Shown here one piece after another: positions 10,718 to 22,591 of a stretch of 64,000 nt of DNA. Made by a program: the position numbers and the translations under genes. Location of the stretch: NCBI GenBank assembly GCA_965178125.1, contig OZ237755.1, positions 930,001 to 994,000 of the forward strand, read 5' to 3'. Source of the DNA: Bilabrum cf. latius (lineage: Eukaryota). The notes below the pieces were generated by a model. It was not told the origin of the DNA and searched no databases. It worked only from the letters and a program-made list of their open reading frames with translations. Each line of letters starts with the position of its first letter. The first letter of the stretch is position 1.

Positions 10718-13700
10718 ATGAGCAACTATGGGTACTAGCATGGCTACCAGTAGCCAGGGGGCTATGGGCAAGCGGGTGTTTTGCACCATCAGGTTCAGGC
10801 ATAGGCACCGCCGGCAGCTGCGGGTGTCTCTAGCGGCCCAGCCGAAGCCTAGGCTCTGGCGGCACCGGTGGCCTCTCAGCTTCCTTTTACCGGGCATTGT
10901 GCAGCTACAGCCTCTGTTAATAGACTGACATCAGTCACGTGGTCAGCGATGCGGTCTCACCCTCTCCTCGCTGCGGCTGGATCTGCAGACGCCCCTGGTA
11001 AGTCGCAGTGCTGCATTGCAGATAGTCGTCAAAGTATCAACGAGCAATCATGCCATCCATTGCAGTATTATATAAATCTTGTATTGCTCCGGCACTTGCT
11101 TTTTTTATCCCACCGTAGCTGACTCTCGGTCGCAAGGCACGTTGCGGCTCGTTCGGATTCGGTCCGCTCCAACTGCGGATCAGAGGGTATCTGGCAAAGC
11201 ATACAATGAGTATTCCGGGGGTATAGACACGGTGGGAGAAACTGGGGTTCCCGCTGATATCCAGGCCCTAGCATGGAGCACCGGCGGCTAGTAGAGCTCC
11301 AGCTTGAGTGAGCGACTTGGACAGCGAGCTGGGCCACAGCGTACTAACTCGGTAGCGACAGTGGGACCCGCACGTTTTCCTTTGCTTGCCTTAATCTTCG
11401 CCTTCTTTCGTCGCAGAGCTCGGCATGCTGGCCGTAGGAGGCGGGAACGGAGTCGTCGCCACGTACGACGCCGCTGCTCTCGTCGGGCGGAAAGCCTCGG
11501 CGGGCCCTGCTACGCCGCTCGCCACCACGGGCCGCGGCAAGGGGACTGCGGGCGTGACGAAGCTGGCCTTCAACCCGCTGAAGCAGGGGCACTTGCTGGC
11601 GGTAGGGCGCGCCAGCGGGGGCGTCAGCGTGGTCTCGCTGGCCAAGGCCCAGCCCGTGGTGGCAGAGCTTAAGGACGCCGCACCCGGAGCGCCGGCAGGC
11701 GCAGGGACACCAGCCAAGAACCCTGCTCTGCAGCCCGTCACCGCCCTGGAATGGAACACCGAAGTGGCGCACATCCTCGCTACCTCGCACGCGCCTGGAG
11801 CAGCACAGGCAGCCGCTGCGGGCGCGCTGCCCACGAGCTCGGCGCAGGCCTTCATGCAGGCTGGAGCCGCACCCGCCCCGCCCTCACCGTCCATCGTGGT
11901 GTGGGACCTCATGAAGAGCGCCCCGTTCTGCAGGCTCATGCGGCCGGGCCCTCAGGGAGCTGCCATGGCGGTTGGCATGGGCATGGGGATGGGGCCGGCA
12001 CCGGCCCCGCAAGGGTACTCTGGGCTGGCGTGGTCCTCTAAGCAGCCGCTGGTGCTGCTCGCTGCTGCGGGGGCACCTGGCGGCTCGAGCAGGCTGCAGG
12101 GAGGCGGCGTGGGCCAGGGTGCAGGCGGGGGCGCCCTGTTCGGGCAGCAGGCGGCGGCGCAGGCGCAAGTACCTCAGGGCAGGCCCGGGGAGATTCACGT
12201 TTGGGACCTGCGGGCCTGGCAGAATGGGCCCGTGCAGGTGCTGCGGTGGCCCGAGGAGGCCGCGGCGAGCGGGCTGGCTGTGGACGTGGGCCCGTTGGAG
12301 TGGAGGAGCGGGTGCTGCGACGCCGACACAATGGTGGCTGCCTGCCGCGTGTCGCCGTCTGCTCCGGGTGGTATGGGCATGGCTGTGGGCGGTGGCGGTG
12401 CGAAGCAGGGGGGAGACGACGTGGCGGTGGTGTGGGACCTCGCGAAAGCCACGGCGGTGGCGCGGCTGCCGCTGCCCCGCGAGGAGCAGGCCGGGGCCCA
12501 GGCCGGTTCGTAGGGATCCAAGCCGGAGGGGTCCGGGCCCGGGCAGGGGTTGGGCGCTGGGGCTGCCGGGGGTCTCGGTGGTGGCGGGCTCGCGTCTGCT
12601 GGACTCGGGGGTTCCACCGCAGGGGCCGCTGACTTCTTCGGTGCTGGCGGTGCCAGTGGCGGGGCAGGGGCAGGGTTGGGCGGCATCGGTGGCGGTGGGG
12701 CTGCTGCATCGCCAGCGAACGGCTCCGTCGTGGCTGCGGGTGGAAGCACCACGGAGGCGTCCCCAATCGTGCAGGCGCGTTTCTCGCAGCTAGTGCAGGG
12801 CGGCATGGCGCTGGTGTCCCACGGCAATGCAATGCACGCGGTTCCTATGGGCTCCTTGGTCGCAGGGCGGCCGCACACAGCGTTGCGGCGGAGGTCCCGC
12901 GCAACTTGGGCGCCCGGTGGCCGGCTGGCTTGGAGCACGGGCGGCGGCAAGGCGGGCCCCGCAGTGGCTCGGGTGCGGGCGTCTGCACCCACGGTGGACC
13001 CCGCGCCCCTGCGGGCGGTGAGCGAGGTGGTTGCGTCCCTGGCAGGAGGGCCTGCAGCCGTGGGAGCCATGCTGCGGGAGGCGGCCGCGTGGCTGAGCAA
13101 ACAGGGCAGCTCTTAGGCACCGGAGCGGAGGCACTCCGAGTCTGCTCTGGACCTCGTGGTGCGCTCGCTGGCGCCTGCGGGAGCCGGTCAGCAGGGGCAA
13201 GGCGGGCCGGGGGCGGGTGGCCGAGCCAAGGTGCTGGAGGTGGCCGCTGCTCTGCTCGAGTGCCAGCAGCAGCCGGAGCTGTTCCCCGAGGCGGTGCTCA
13301 GTGTCATTGGGGTGGGAGCGGAGGAGCTGGCGCGGGATGTGGCAGCGGTGAGCCGGGCCACAGGCATCTTGCACTCTGGAGAAAAAGAAGAGGAAGAGGG
13401 GGAGAAAGGAGGTGAGGGGCGCGGGGAGGGGGAGTACCCTCCAGGCAGCTCCGTCGGCCAATCTGGGACTGGCGACCAGTCCCAGGACGGGCCTGGGCTT
13501 GGAGGCACGGGTCCGTCTGCCTCGAATGGGGGGGGGCTTGGCCTCGGCCTGGGAGGGGGTGGGGACATGTCGGCGGCTGCTCTGTTCGGGGGCGCCAGCA
13601 GCGGTAGCGGCGCGGGAGGAGCGGAGGCGAAGGAGCTGCCCTCGCCCGCGTCCTCGTCTGTGCCAGGGAGTGGGTCTGCCGCGCCCGGCGTATCGCCATC

Positions 13701-14669
13701 TCCACCCGGCCCGGGCAGCGCCACCGCTGGCTCGCCATCCCAGTCGCTGACCCTGCAGACGGTGCCTGCGGGGCACACTCAGGCAAGCGGGGCCACCTGG
13801 GGCAGCGCACCTGCCGCTGAGGCCCTCGCCCGAGTGGGAGGGAGCAGGCAGCTGCAGGCCGCGGACAGGTCCAGGTGCGAGGCCCTCGCCCAGGCGGCTC
13901 TGCTCCGAGGGGACTTCCGGGGCGCCGTGGTGGGGCTGCTGGCGGCAGGGGGCGCATCCAGGGCGGCTGAGGCCCTCTGGGTCGCGGCGCACTCGTCTTC
14001 TAGGGACCCTCAGCTGCTGGCAGATACGGTAGCTGCGGTGGCTGTGGCTGGCTCGGAGGCCGGTACCGGCCAGCCTCAGGGCTTCTTGGGGGCTGCTTCC
14101 GCGCTGGTGAACGGGGACGTGGCGTCGCTGGTCGAGTCTCCCGACACGGGGGCTCTCCGCCGCAGCTCGAACCTGTGGCGCGATACTCTCGCGGCCGTGC
14201 TGACGTACGCCGGGGAGGAGGAGCGGGGCGGCCTGCTAGGACGGCTTGCCGATCGACTTGGGGAGGCAGGCAGGGCGGATGAGGCAGCTATTGTGGCGCT
14301 GGTGGGTGGACAGGCTGGAGGGTCTTCTGGCGGTGATGCCGCCGGTGCGCAAGGTACCGCTGTCGGATGGCTGCTGGGGAGGTCGATTGCGGGCAGTGGC
14401 AGTGGCGGAGGCTCAAGTGCGGCAGGGGCTGGCGCTGCGTGCACTGTTGCTGTGTGCATGCGGGAGGCAGGGGCGGCAGAGCAGGGCAAGCAGCTGCTTC
14501 AGGTGGCATTGCAGCTTGTGCAGGCGGGGGAACAGGCAGGAGATGCGGGCGATGCCGCGGCGGCTGGACATATCAGGGATACTATGCTTCTGGCCGACTC
14601 GGGCGCTGCTGGCCCAGCCGGGTATGCGGCACCCACACACCAGCAGCAGCAGCAGCAGCAGCAGGAGCA

Positions 14670-14711
<42 letters not shown>

Positions 14712-16068
14712 CGCCGCCGCCCCTGCGCCAGTGGCAGCTCCTGCTCCCGCACCGGTACCAGCCCCCGCCCCCGCCCCTGCACCAACCCCTGCAGGGTTTT
14801 TGGGCCAAGGGCAGGGGATGCATGGCATGCAGCAGCCGCAAGGGCAGTGGCAAGGGAACGGACAGGTGCAGGGACATGGGCAGTGGCAGGGGCAGGGATA
14901 GCAGGGCCAGTGGCAGGGGCAGGGTCAGGGCCAGGGGCACTTCCAGCAGTCGCAAGCAGCGCCCGGCCACTCGCAGGCCACAATGGCGGGGCAGGGACCC
15001 ATGGCTCCTCAGGCCGCCACCAGCGCGCCCATGGGGGCTCCCCACGGGGCCTTCCGAGCTGCACCTGTGCAGGCGCCGCAGCCCGAGCCACATGCCACCC
15101 AGCAGCACCAGCACCAGCGCCAGCAGCATGAATTCCCGGCGCAGCGCTTCAGTTCCTTTGCAGGCGTGTCCGGGTCACAGGGCGGCCAGGGCTCGGGGCC
15201 GGCCTCGGTGGGTGCGGCGACGGGGACGGGGACCAGCGGAGGAGGGGGGGGGCGACGCGGGGGGGCTCGGCGCGGGAGGGTGGCCAGACCCCCCGCCACC
15301 GTGGTGGCTCGCCCGGCCGTTGAGGCAGCGGCCCAGCCGCAGGGGGCCGCAGGCGGCGCACCCGGAGCTGGTGAGGCGGGCGACGGAACTGCAGCGGTGC
15401 AGGCGGGCGGCAGCGACCCGTCGGGCGGGGTGGGCATGGGCAGCGCCATCGTCGGTCGGAAGGGCAGGCGGGGGCGGGCCTCCTCGAGCCGAGGCACCGT
15501 GCAGGCGGACGGGTTCCGCAGCACCGCCGGCAATCCGTAGGAGGCCATGGAGTACTAGCAGCCGGCCGCGAGCAGCGGATATGCTGTTGGGGGCGGCTTC
15601 GGGGGCTCGCAGTGGGGCGCCGAACCCGCCGGGTCGGGACCTTCCGCTGGCGGTGCGGACGGGACTGGGGTAGCGAGTGCAGGCGTGATGGATTCCGGGC
15701 TGCCGGGGACCTCGGATGCTGGAGGGGGGGGGGCGGTTGCATCGGAGGCTGACCTGCAGATCCTACAGCAGCTAGGGCAGGTGGTGGGGCAGCTGCGCGA
15801 GGCCGTGCAGGGGGCTGGCGACCAGAAGGTGTGTGACGATTGCATGGCGAGCGTGGGGCAGGTGCAGATGCAGTGGCAGTCGGGGCAGCTGTCCGCGGGC
15901 GTGGCAGATGGCGTGCGTGCCATAGCGCAGCCGGCCGTTGCGTACGACTTCGGCTCAGCCCTCAAGGCGCATAGCGCTCTGGGCAGGTCGCACTGGGGTG
16001 CCGTTAAGGGGTGGAGTGGGGGTCTCAAGGGATTCCTGCGCCTGGCTAACAAGATGACCAAGCAGTGA
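10718..16068 (+). CDS. SEC31: COPII coat protein Sec31 (WD40, ACE1 solenoid, Pro/Gln-rich linker, C-terminal helical domain); introns 10998-11118 and 11308-11416
   Basis: Motifs VTWS..PLLAAAGS, ALAWS, KLAFNPLKQGHLLAVG, ALEWNTEVAHILA, ALLRGDFRGAV, WRDTLAAVLTYA and C-terminal WSGGLKGFL. One frame across many TAGs; TGA stop at 16066-16068. Confidence 0.88.
14641..14709 (+). repeat. (CAG)n poly-Gln tract whose last unit is TAG
   Basis: Sequence reads ...CAG CAG CAG TAG TAC GCC, and the SEC31 frame continues afterwards. Confidence 0.95.
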
Positions 16069-16243
16069 GATCTACAACCGCGCGCTGCGCTAGGCCGAGA
16101 GGGAGCGGGTCTCTCTGCCTCGACTCGGGGAAGCTTGTTCCTTAGCAGTGGAGTCGTCTGCGGTCAAGGGCGAGTTCCCGACATACAGAATCTTTGAATT
16201 AAACGGTTAAACGCTCATGGATCTATCGTGCATATCACGTACA

Positions 16244-17577
16244 TCACACGCCGATGGAGCCGGCCTAGGAGCCGCTGCATGCAGCCGCCAAGGAGCGAGC
16301 CAACCCACCCACCTGCGCGGCTGCCGCTGCATCCGCTGAAGCAGCTTCCCACGCGCGAGCCCGGGCGCCGGGCTCCAGCCGAGGGAATGCCAGGGCAGCC
16401 TCCGCTGCCAGGCGTGCCAGCGGCTCGCCAGCCTCCGCTTCCACATCCCCTGCAGCCGTGCCCAACTTGCCCGCCACCGCAGCCGCACCCTCCACCAGAT
16501 CCGCCAGACGTCTCAGGTGCGCCCGCGTCTCGAGGCGCACTGCAGCCGCCGGACCTTCCCGCGCCCCCGCCAGCGCCGCCGCCTCTGGGGTCCCTGCCCC
16601 CGCCGCCGCAGCCGCCGCGGCCGCCTCCGGGTCCGTGGCCCTCGCCCTGCGGATCTGCTCGGCGGCGCCCTTCACGACCTGCACTGCATTGCGGTGCCTG
16701 GGCACGGGCAGACCCGCTGGTCGAGGCACCTCAGGCTCCGGGGACATGAGTCCGGCGTGCCTGTCGGCGGCCTCGGGACCACCTGTGACTGCGTGTGCCA
16801 GGGCCGTCAGCTCGTCCGTGGACCCCTGGAAGGCCATGTGCCGGAGAGAGAGCCAGGCCGCGGCCCGCTCGGACTCTTCCGCCACCACGTGCACGGGCAG
16901 GCGCCGGAAGGGCTGCGCGATGTCCCTGAGGAAGAGGCTCCTCTGCACCACGTAGGCGCACATGTCCATGCGCGGGTCGATGCCTCCGCCCGCATGGGCC
17001 GTCTCCCTCACCCGGGTGTAGAGCGCGACCGGCTGCCTGGCGCCGTGGAACTTGGTGCAGGCCTCGTGCATCAAAATGGCCCAGGAATCCGGGGGAACCA
17101 CGGCAGACGCGGCCGTGTCGCTCGGGGAGCCACGCACCAAGTACCAACCGACGGGCTCCTCTCCGGGCACAGCGGCGGATGCCGCCTTCGCGATTGCTGC
17201 CTACTGCTCCGTGGTTGTTCGCACAGCAACACCACCGCTCGCGCTGCCATCTCCCCCTGATAGCGAAGACTGCTGGTCAGGGCCAATCGCTAGCGGGAAC
17301 GCGTCCGTCACAGAAATAGTTGCACCACTTCGTCGGCCGATGAGGATGCCTGCGGGGACAGTCAAACGCATCGGGGAAACTCTTTGCGAGAAGAGATGCA
17401 ACACACAGACACGCAAGATCAGGAACACAATAGGCCCGCACGGCACAACTCACCGAGAGCGATAGAATCGGAATCAGGCTTCCTCAAGAACTGCTCTGCC
17501 ATTGACATAGCACAAGCAGGGTGCACGGTAACCGATCGAGCATTTCCCGCTCCCAGATCAATTGAAAAAGGATCCAT
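16244..17577 (-). CDS. EIF3F: MPN-domain protein, most like eIF3 subunit f; intron 17350-17453
   Basis: VTVHPACAMSMAEQFLRK..ALGILIG..ISVTDAF, PGEEPVGWY and MHE match the eIF3f/Rpn8/CSN6 MPN family. TAGs at 17201 and 16265; TGA at 16244. Confidence 0.72.
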
Positions 17578-18327
17578 GGCTATTTATGGAAGCAACGGGT
17601 ACAATAGCGGATCGTTGGCTTCTACAACTGCGATTTTGTGCTTGTGTGTTTGCTTCCCCCAAATAACACGTAACTCGAAAGCATAAAATCGGAATCGAAG
17701 CTCTGCACTGCATCTAGGCGTGCTGCCCGTGGCAGTGTTGAGTGCTGCAATATGCCGACCGTCCATATGATTAAACAATACAGCAGTCCGGTTCAAATGA
17801 GCCTTGGTACAGCGGAGCTTGATGGCAAGCCGTGGCTGAGCGCGAGCTCTCCAGCGATGAGCAGGCTGCACGAACGCTTGCCGCCTCAATGTTGGGCCAA
17901 TGTCTCCACACTGCATTGATCGGATTGGTGCGAAAGGCCTCTCGTATGCCCCCTGTCTCTCCAACTGCGCCCCGCCTAGTAGTGCCATGCCACGGCAGAC
18001 TTGCCTCCAGTCTACGATGGATCGATCGACCGGCTTCAGCAAACGCTGCGCAGACCTCCTATGGAATGGATAGATCCGGTTGGCCAGCCTCGAAGGTACT
18101 CCTGTTACACTGGACTTTCAGCTGATCTCGAGTGGCAGCATGCACCAGTGCCGCAAGGAGCCAACTAGCTGTGGCCCAGATGGGCAAGGGCTTGCGGTCA
18201 GCAGCAGCCAACGAGTTGTGTGGGATGGACGATGGACGGCTGCGCAGTTCACTAGGCTGCCAGCAGTGCTGAGCAAATACTCTGCTCGCGACCGGTTCGC
18301 CCCTCACCGCCCACCGCCCCCCTCTCC

Positions 18328-19243
18328 TCACTTCTTCCTCGTCACGGCCCACACCACGGGGCCCACGATGACCCCCAGGATGATCAGCCCCACACAGCAG
18401 AGAATCAGCATCAAATTCCGGTTTGACTGCTGGTACCAGATTGCGTCCTCCATGTTCGAGTTGCCCTGTTTGACGGCCTGCTCGGCCGTGTCCACGTTCT
18501 CGGCCATCTCGTCGATCTGCTCGCCCTGCACGTCAACGAGCTCGCCGAGGTCCTGCGCCATGTCACGGAGCTCGATGGCACTGGCGACGACCTCTCTGGT
18601 GGCCTCTGCGCGCTCCTCTGCAAGCGCCACCTCCAGGTTGACGGCCTCGCTCATTCGGGTGCTAATCGCCTGCCGCTGCGCATGCGCCTGAGCCTGCGCC
18701 TGGCGTCCACCCGCCCGCCCGCTGGAGTCGGCTGACGATACGGGTTCGCGCGAGGCGTCAGTAGCAGGAACAGGCACGCATCGCAAGCGCTCTCGATACG
18801 CTATTCTGGCGGACGCAAAGGCCCGCTTGGCTTCATCGCCGTCGCGAATCAGTTTGGCTGCAGCAGCATCCCCCGCACCCTCTTCCCCGGACCGAAGGAT
18901 GCGCAGCGCAGCATCCAGCCCTAAGAGGACAGCGCGACAAGCAAGTTGCATGCAATAATCGATCTGATGGCAGTCACGTGATCCACGATACATGGAAAGG
19001 CGAAGAATTCTTACTGTTGATGGCGTCCTGGCCCCTTTGCACCTGCGTCTGAGCCACACGGCGCGATCTTGCTGTATCAGATGGAGATCCAAGCTTTGAT
19101 GTTGAGGCGTTCACGACTTGCGTGGCTTGCAATACCTCGTTCAGAGCAGACCTGCTCGACGCAATGGCGGGCGACGGCTTGCTGCCAGGCTGGCTTCGGC
19201 CTGCGCTGCCTCTGGCAGCGGAGCGGCGGCCCCATCCAGACAT
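18328..19243 (-). CDS. Qa-SNARE syntaxin (STX7/12/PEP12-like); intron 18921-19014
   Basis: SNARE motif DLGELVDVQGEQIDEM followed by a C-terminal transmembrane helix. N-terminal LGSPSDT is typical of endosomal syntaxins. Confidence 0.85.
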
Positions 19244-19474
19244 GACAGCAGAGTTGGTGCAAGTTAAGTGGCTCCCTGGGGTGTTTGTACGCTCATGGAT
19301 ATGCCCGGGAAAGTCTCAAGAATGCCAACTGTGACGGTGCCACATGACGAGTGGACTGCAATCCATCCATATGGACTCCTCAACGCACAATAAAGCCCAA
19401 TATTGTGCACCAATCGCCGATACTAGTCTGTGTATAGCTACACCTAGCACAGCCTGGAGGTTGCGGGTGCTGGA

Positions 19475-22400
19475 ATGTTAAGCCAGCATTGTTCATCGGG
19501 TGCCACGTTACGATCGGTTATGACGTGCGCCGTGTCTCTCGTTGCAGTGCATTTACTGTTTTCGTCGCTCCTGTCGGGCGCGAAAAATGCTAAAGGCAAG
19601 GCCGGGTATCGTGATGGCCATCGCATCCTGTCTCGAGGTGAGCGGTTGAGTACTGTCCCGAAGCCTTTAGAGGGGCCGCTGTCAGTCCAACAACTTTGGG
19701 ACTTGCGCGAACGGACGAGAAAGTTGTGGTTTCACGCGTACGACTCTTACATTGACAACGCTGCTCCATGGGATGAGCTTATGCCGCTGTCGTGCGCCCC
19801 CCGTAAGTGGAACGAGCGTGGACGTGGCACGCTTGACGACACGCTCGGCGGCTTCTCGCTCACCGCTGTGGACTCGCTGCAGGCTCTTGCCGTTCTAGGA
19901 GCTCCCACTCGTTTTTTGAATGCCGTGGGGCGGCTATCGGGTGCTGGCCCCGTGCTTACGGACAAGCACCCAGGGGACGCCAATCTTGAGGAGCTTTCGT
20001 TCGACCGTGACGTGGACGTGAGCGTGTTTGAGACCACGATACGGGTGCTGGGTGGCATGCTCGCTGCAAAAGCCACTCTGGACTAGCCATTCATGCAGCA
20101 GTGGGCGGCAGACCACGGTGTGACAAGCGAGCGCATGGACCAGCTGAGCGACTCGCTGCTGGGCAAAGTCAGGGACTTGTCGGGACGGTTGTTGCGGGCG
20201 TATCCTGGCACCAGAACTAGATCGAGGTCGAAGCCGAAGGGGCAGGGGCATCAAGGTCATGTGTTGCCGTTCCACAAGGTCAACCTGAGGCGCGGTCTCA
20301 CGGCCTCTCTCCGAAAAGAACGGGAGACTTGTGTGGCCGCGGCAGGCACCGCTCTACTCGAGTTTGCGCTGGCAGGGCACTACCTCGGTGACCCTGCGCT
20401 GCAGGACGCGGCCATGGGACCGGTGCGAGAGATCCTGAGGAGACGCGGGGCCTCCGGGCTCCCTGGGTCCACCGTCGACTCGGTGACCGGGGCCCTCAAA
20501 AGCCCGACCTCGGGCGTGGGTGCTGGCGTGGACAGTTTCCTCGAGTATCTCCTCAAGGGCGCTGTAATGCTTGGGAGCGATGAGCTCATGGGCGCCTGGA
20601 GGGACGTGAGCACTGCCGTGGACAAGCATCTTCTTGTTGATCTGCACGTGACCCGCGCCGTGTCAGAGCAGCTGGAGGCGTGCGAGCGACAGAGCGCGCG
20701 TTTGAGCGACGGTGGGGTACGCGGACAGTCGCGGTCACATTCAAGTGCGCGTGGCAGAGGCCCGTACCCGGAGCCGGCCCATACCGCTGCTGGACGGCCT
20801 GCGCTCTCCGTGCACAGAGAGGCCATGCATGCCACCGGGGGTCCCGCCCCGAGGCCCAAGGCCATTTCTGCCTTGCAAGCCTTTTATCCGGGGCTACTTG
20901 TGCTTGACGGCAGGGTGGAATAGGCATGGACCCTGCTGCGGCCGCTGCTGGCGTTATGGGCAGAGTATGGAGCTATCCCCGAAGTTTGGGATGGAGCCAA
21001 CTCTAAGCCAGTGCACTTCGCCAGGGACGCACCGCTGAGGCCAGAACTGATCGAATCTATGTTTTTTGTGTGGTCTGCATCGCAACCAGACTCTTGCGCA
21101 GGTACGGAGCGGATGTCTGGGCCTGGAGGACATTGCCCCACCGCAGCCGACAGTATCGTGCAATGGGCTGCTGCTATGCTCAGCATGATTGAGAAGGCTC
21201 AAAAGGTGGGATGCGGGCTCGCTGCGATGGCAGACGTTGAGACGCAACGGCTCGATGATCGCATGGACTCGTATGTCCTTTCTGAGACCCTCAAGTACAT
21301 GTTCTGGCTGTTTGATGAGGCTCTGAAAAAAAGAGAATATAAGAGGCAGCATCACGTGATTGCTACGCCGGCATCAGGTTTGCCCACTCGAGCGAATTCG
21401 AGCGTACGAACGGCACGGGTTGCAGTTACGTTGACAAATTCTGTAGCAGCTGATCCCCTAGCAAATCGATTTGATAGCGGTGTTGCAGATTTTGTAGACC
21501 AGATGGGCTAGTCTTTCACTGCTGCTCCCGCTCTTGCGCACGAGTTGGCTTTCAGATCTGGCCGCACTTCATTGCACGGCAGATTTACAGCTGCGATTGC
21601 CGAGTACGGATCCATGCCAGTTGAATGGGGTTCAACTGTATTAAGTACTGAAGGACATGCTTTCCCAATTTTGGATGGAGATGATGCATCAAAATTGGAT
21701 AATATGTGCAAAATCAACAGTGTAGTTGGCACTGCTTGCTGGTAGAATGTTTCAAGCCATGGAACTCTGTCGTTTTCATTTGAAAATTTCGAACAGTCGA
21801 ATGCTGTTCTCGCTCAACCTGCAGTACTACGAGTCGAGAGAGTACGCAGCAAATGGACGGTAAATGTCAAACAATCGGGTACTTTGGTACTTCTCAGTAG
21901 TAGCGGCCCAAAAGAAAAAGAATTGGAACTTCCAGTTAATTCCATAGAAAATCAACTGAAAACAGCTTCTCTCGAAGATCTTGACAGCGCAACTATAACA
22001 TGTCAGTAGAATGATGGTTGGTCAACCTCTGTTGGATGCAGCGTACATGTGGTATCGAAATCCCCAAGTTGCTTTCGATACTGCAAAGATTCGTTTTGTC
22101 AGTGCGTAGGAGTTGGCCTAGGGGCATTTGCCCTAACGTACCGCAATTTGAATTTTACAGGTTATGCGCTGAGCAATGGCAACAAGCAACTGTGCAAGAA
22201 ATTGGGAATTTCGAAATCGAAGGATCCTATGGATCTTGCAATTGCTTACAGAGGGGGTTGCACTTTCGAGAGAAAAGCATACTTGGCAAAACTTCGTGGT
22301 TATCGGTCGCTTCTTGTTTTGGATGTGACTGGAGACCGGGAGCGAGATTCCGACAAGTTTACGATGGCTGCGTCTGGGGAGCAGTATGGTGCTGTTGCAC

Positions 22401-22576
22401 AACCCATGTACATGTCTTCGGAAGACCTTTGCATGGTTCTAGGTCGTTCTGGAAAATCAAATTGCTTGCCAGATTTCAAAGGTGGGGAACTTAGTTTTGA
22501 GGATCATTCCAAGTCTGCCAAAGGGCTCTCAGCAGAAATTGCTAGTTTGTTGACGGTTGCCATAACAAAAAAATGA
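19475..22576 (+). CDS. GH47 EDEM-like alpha-1,2-mannosidase with a C-terminal PA domain (EDEM3-like); start at 19475 or 19520
   Basis: Motifs PWDELMPLSC, SVFETTIRVLGGML, GAGVDSFLEYLLK, LRPELIES, SETLKY, TEGH and PA motif RGGCTFERKA. Five in-frame TAGs; ends TGA-TAA-TGA. Confidence 0.88.
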
Positions 22577-22591
22577 TAATGATTGTCCGTT

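Noticed and set aside
685-16955. Many long antisense or alternative-frame ORFs in the supplied track
   Set aside because: Shadow ORFs caused by high GC and low-complexity sequence opposite real genes.
17600-18320. Short ORFs between EIF3F and the syntaxin
   Set aside because: No recognisable homology or convincing gene structure.
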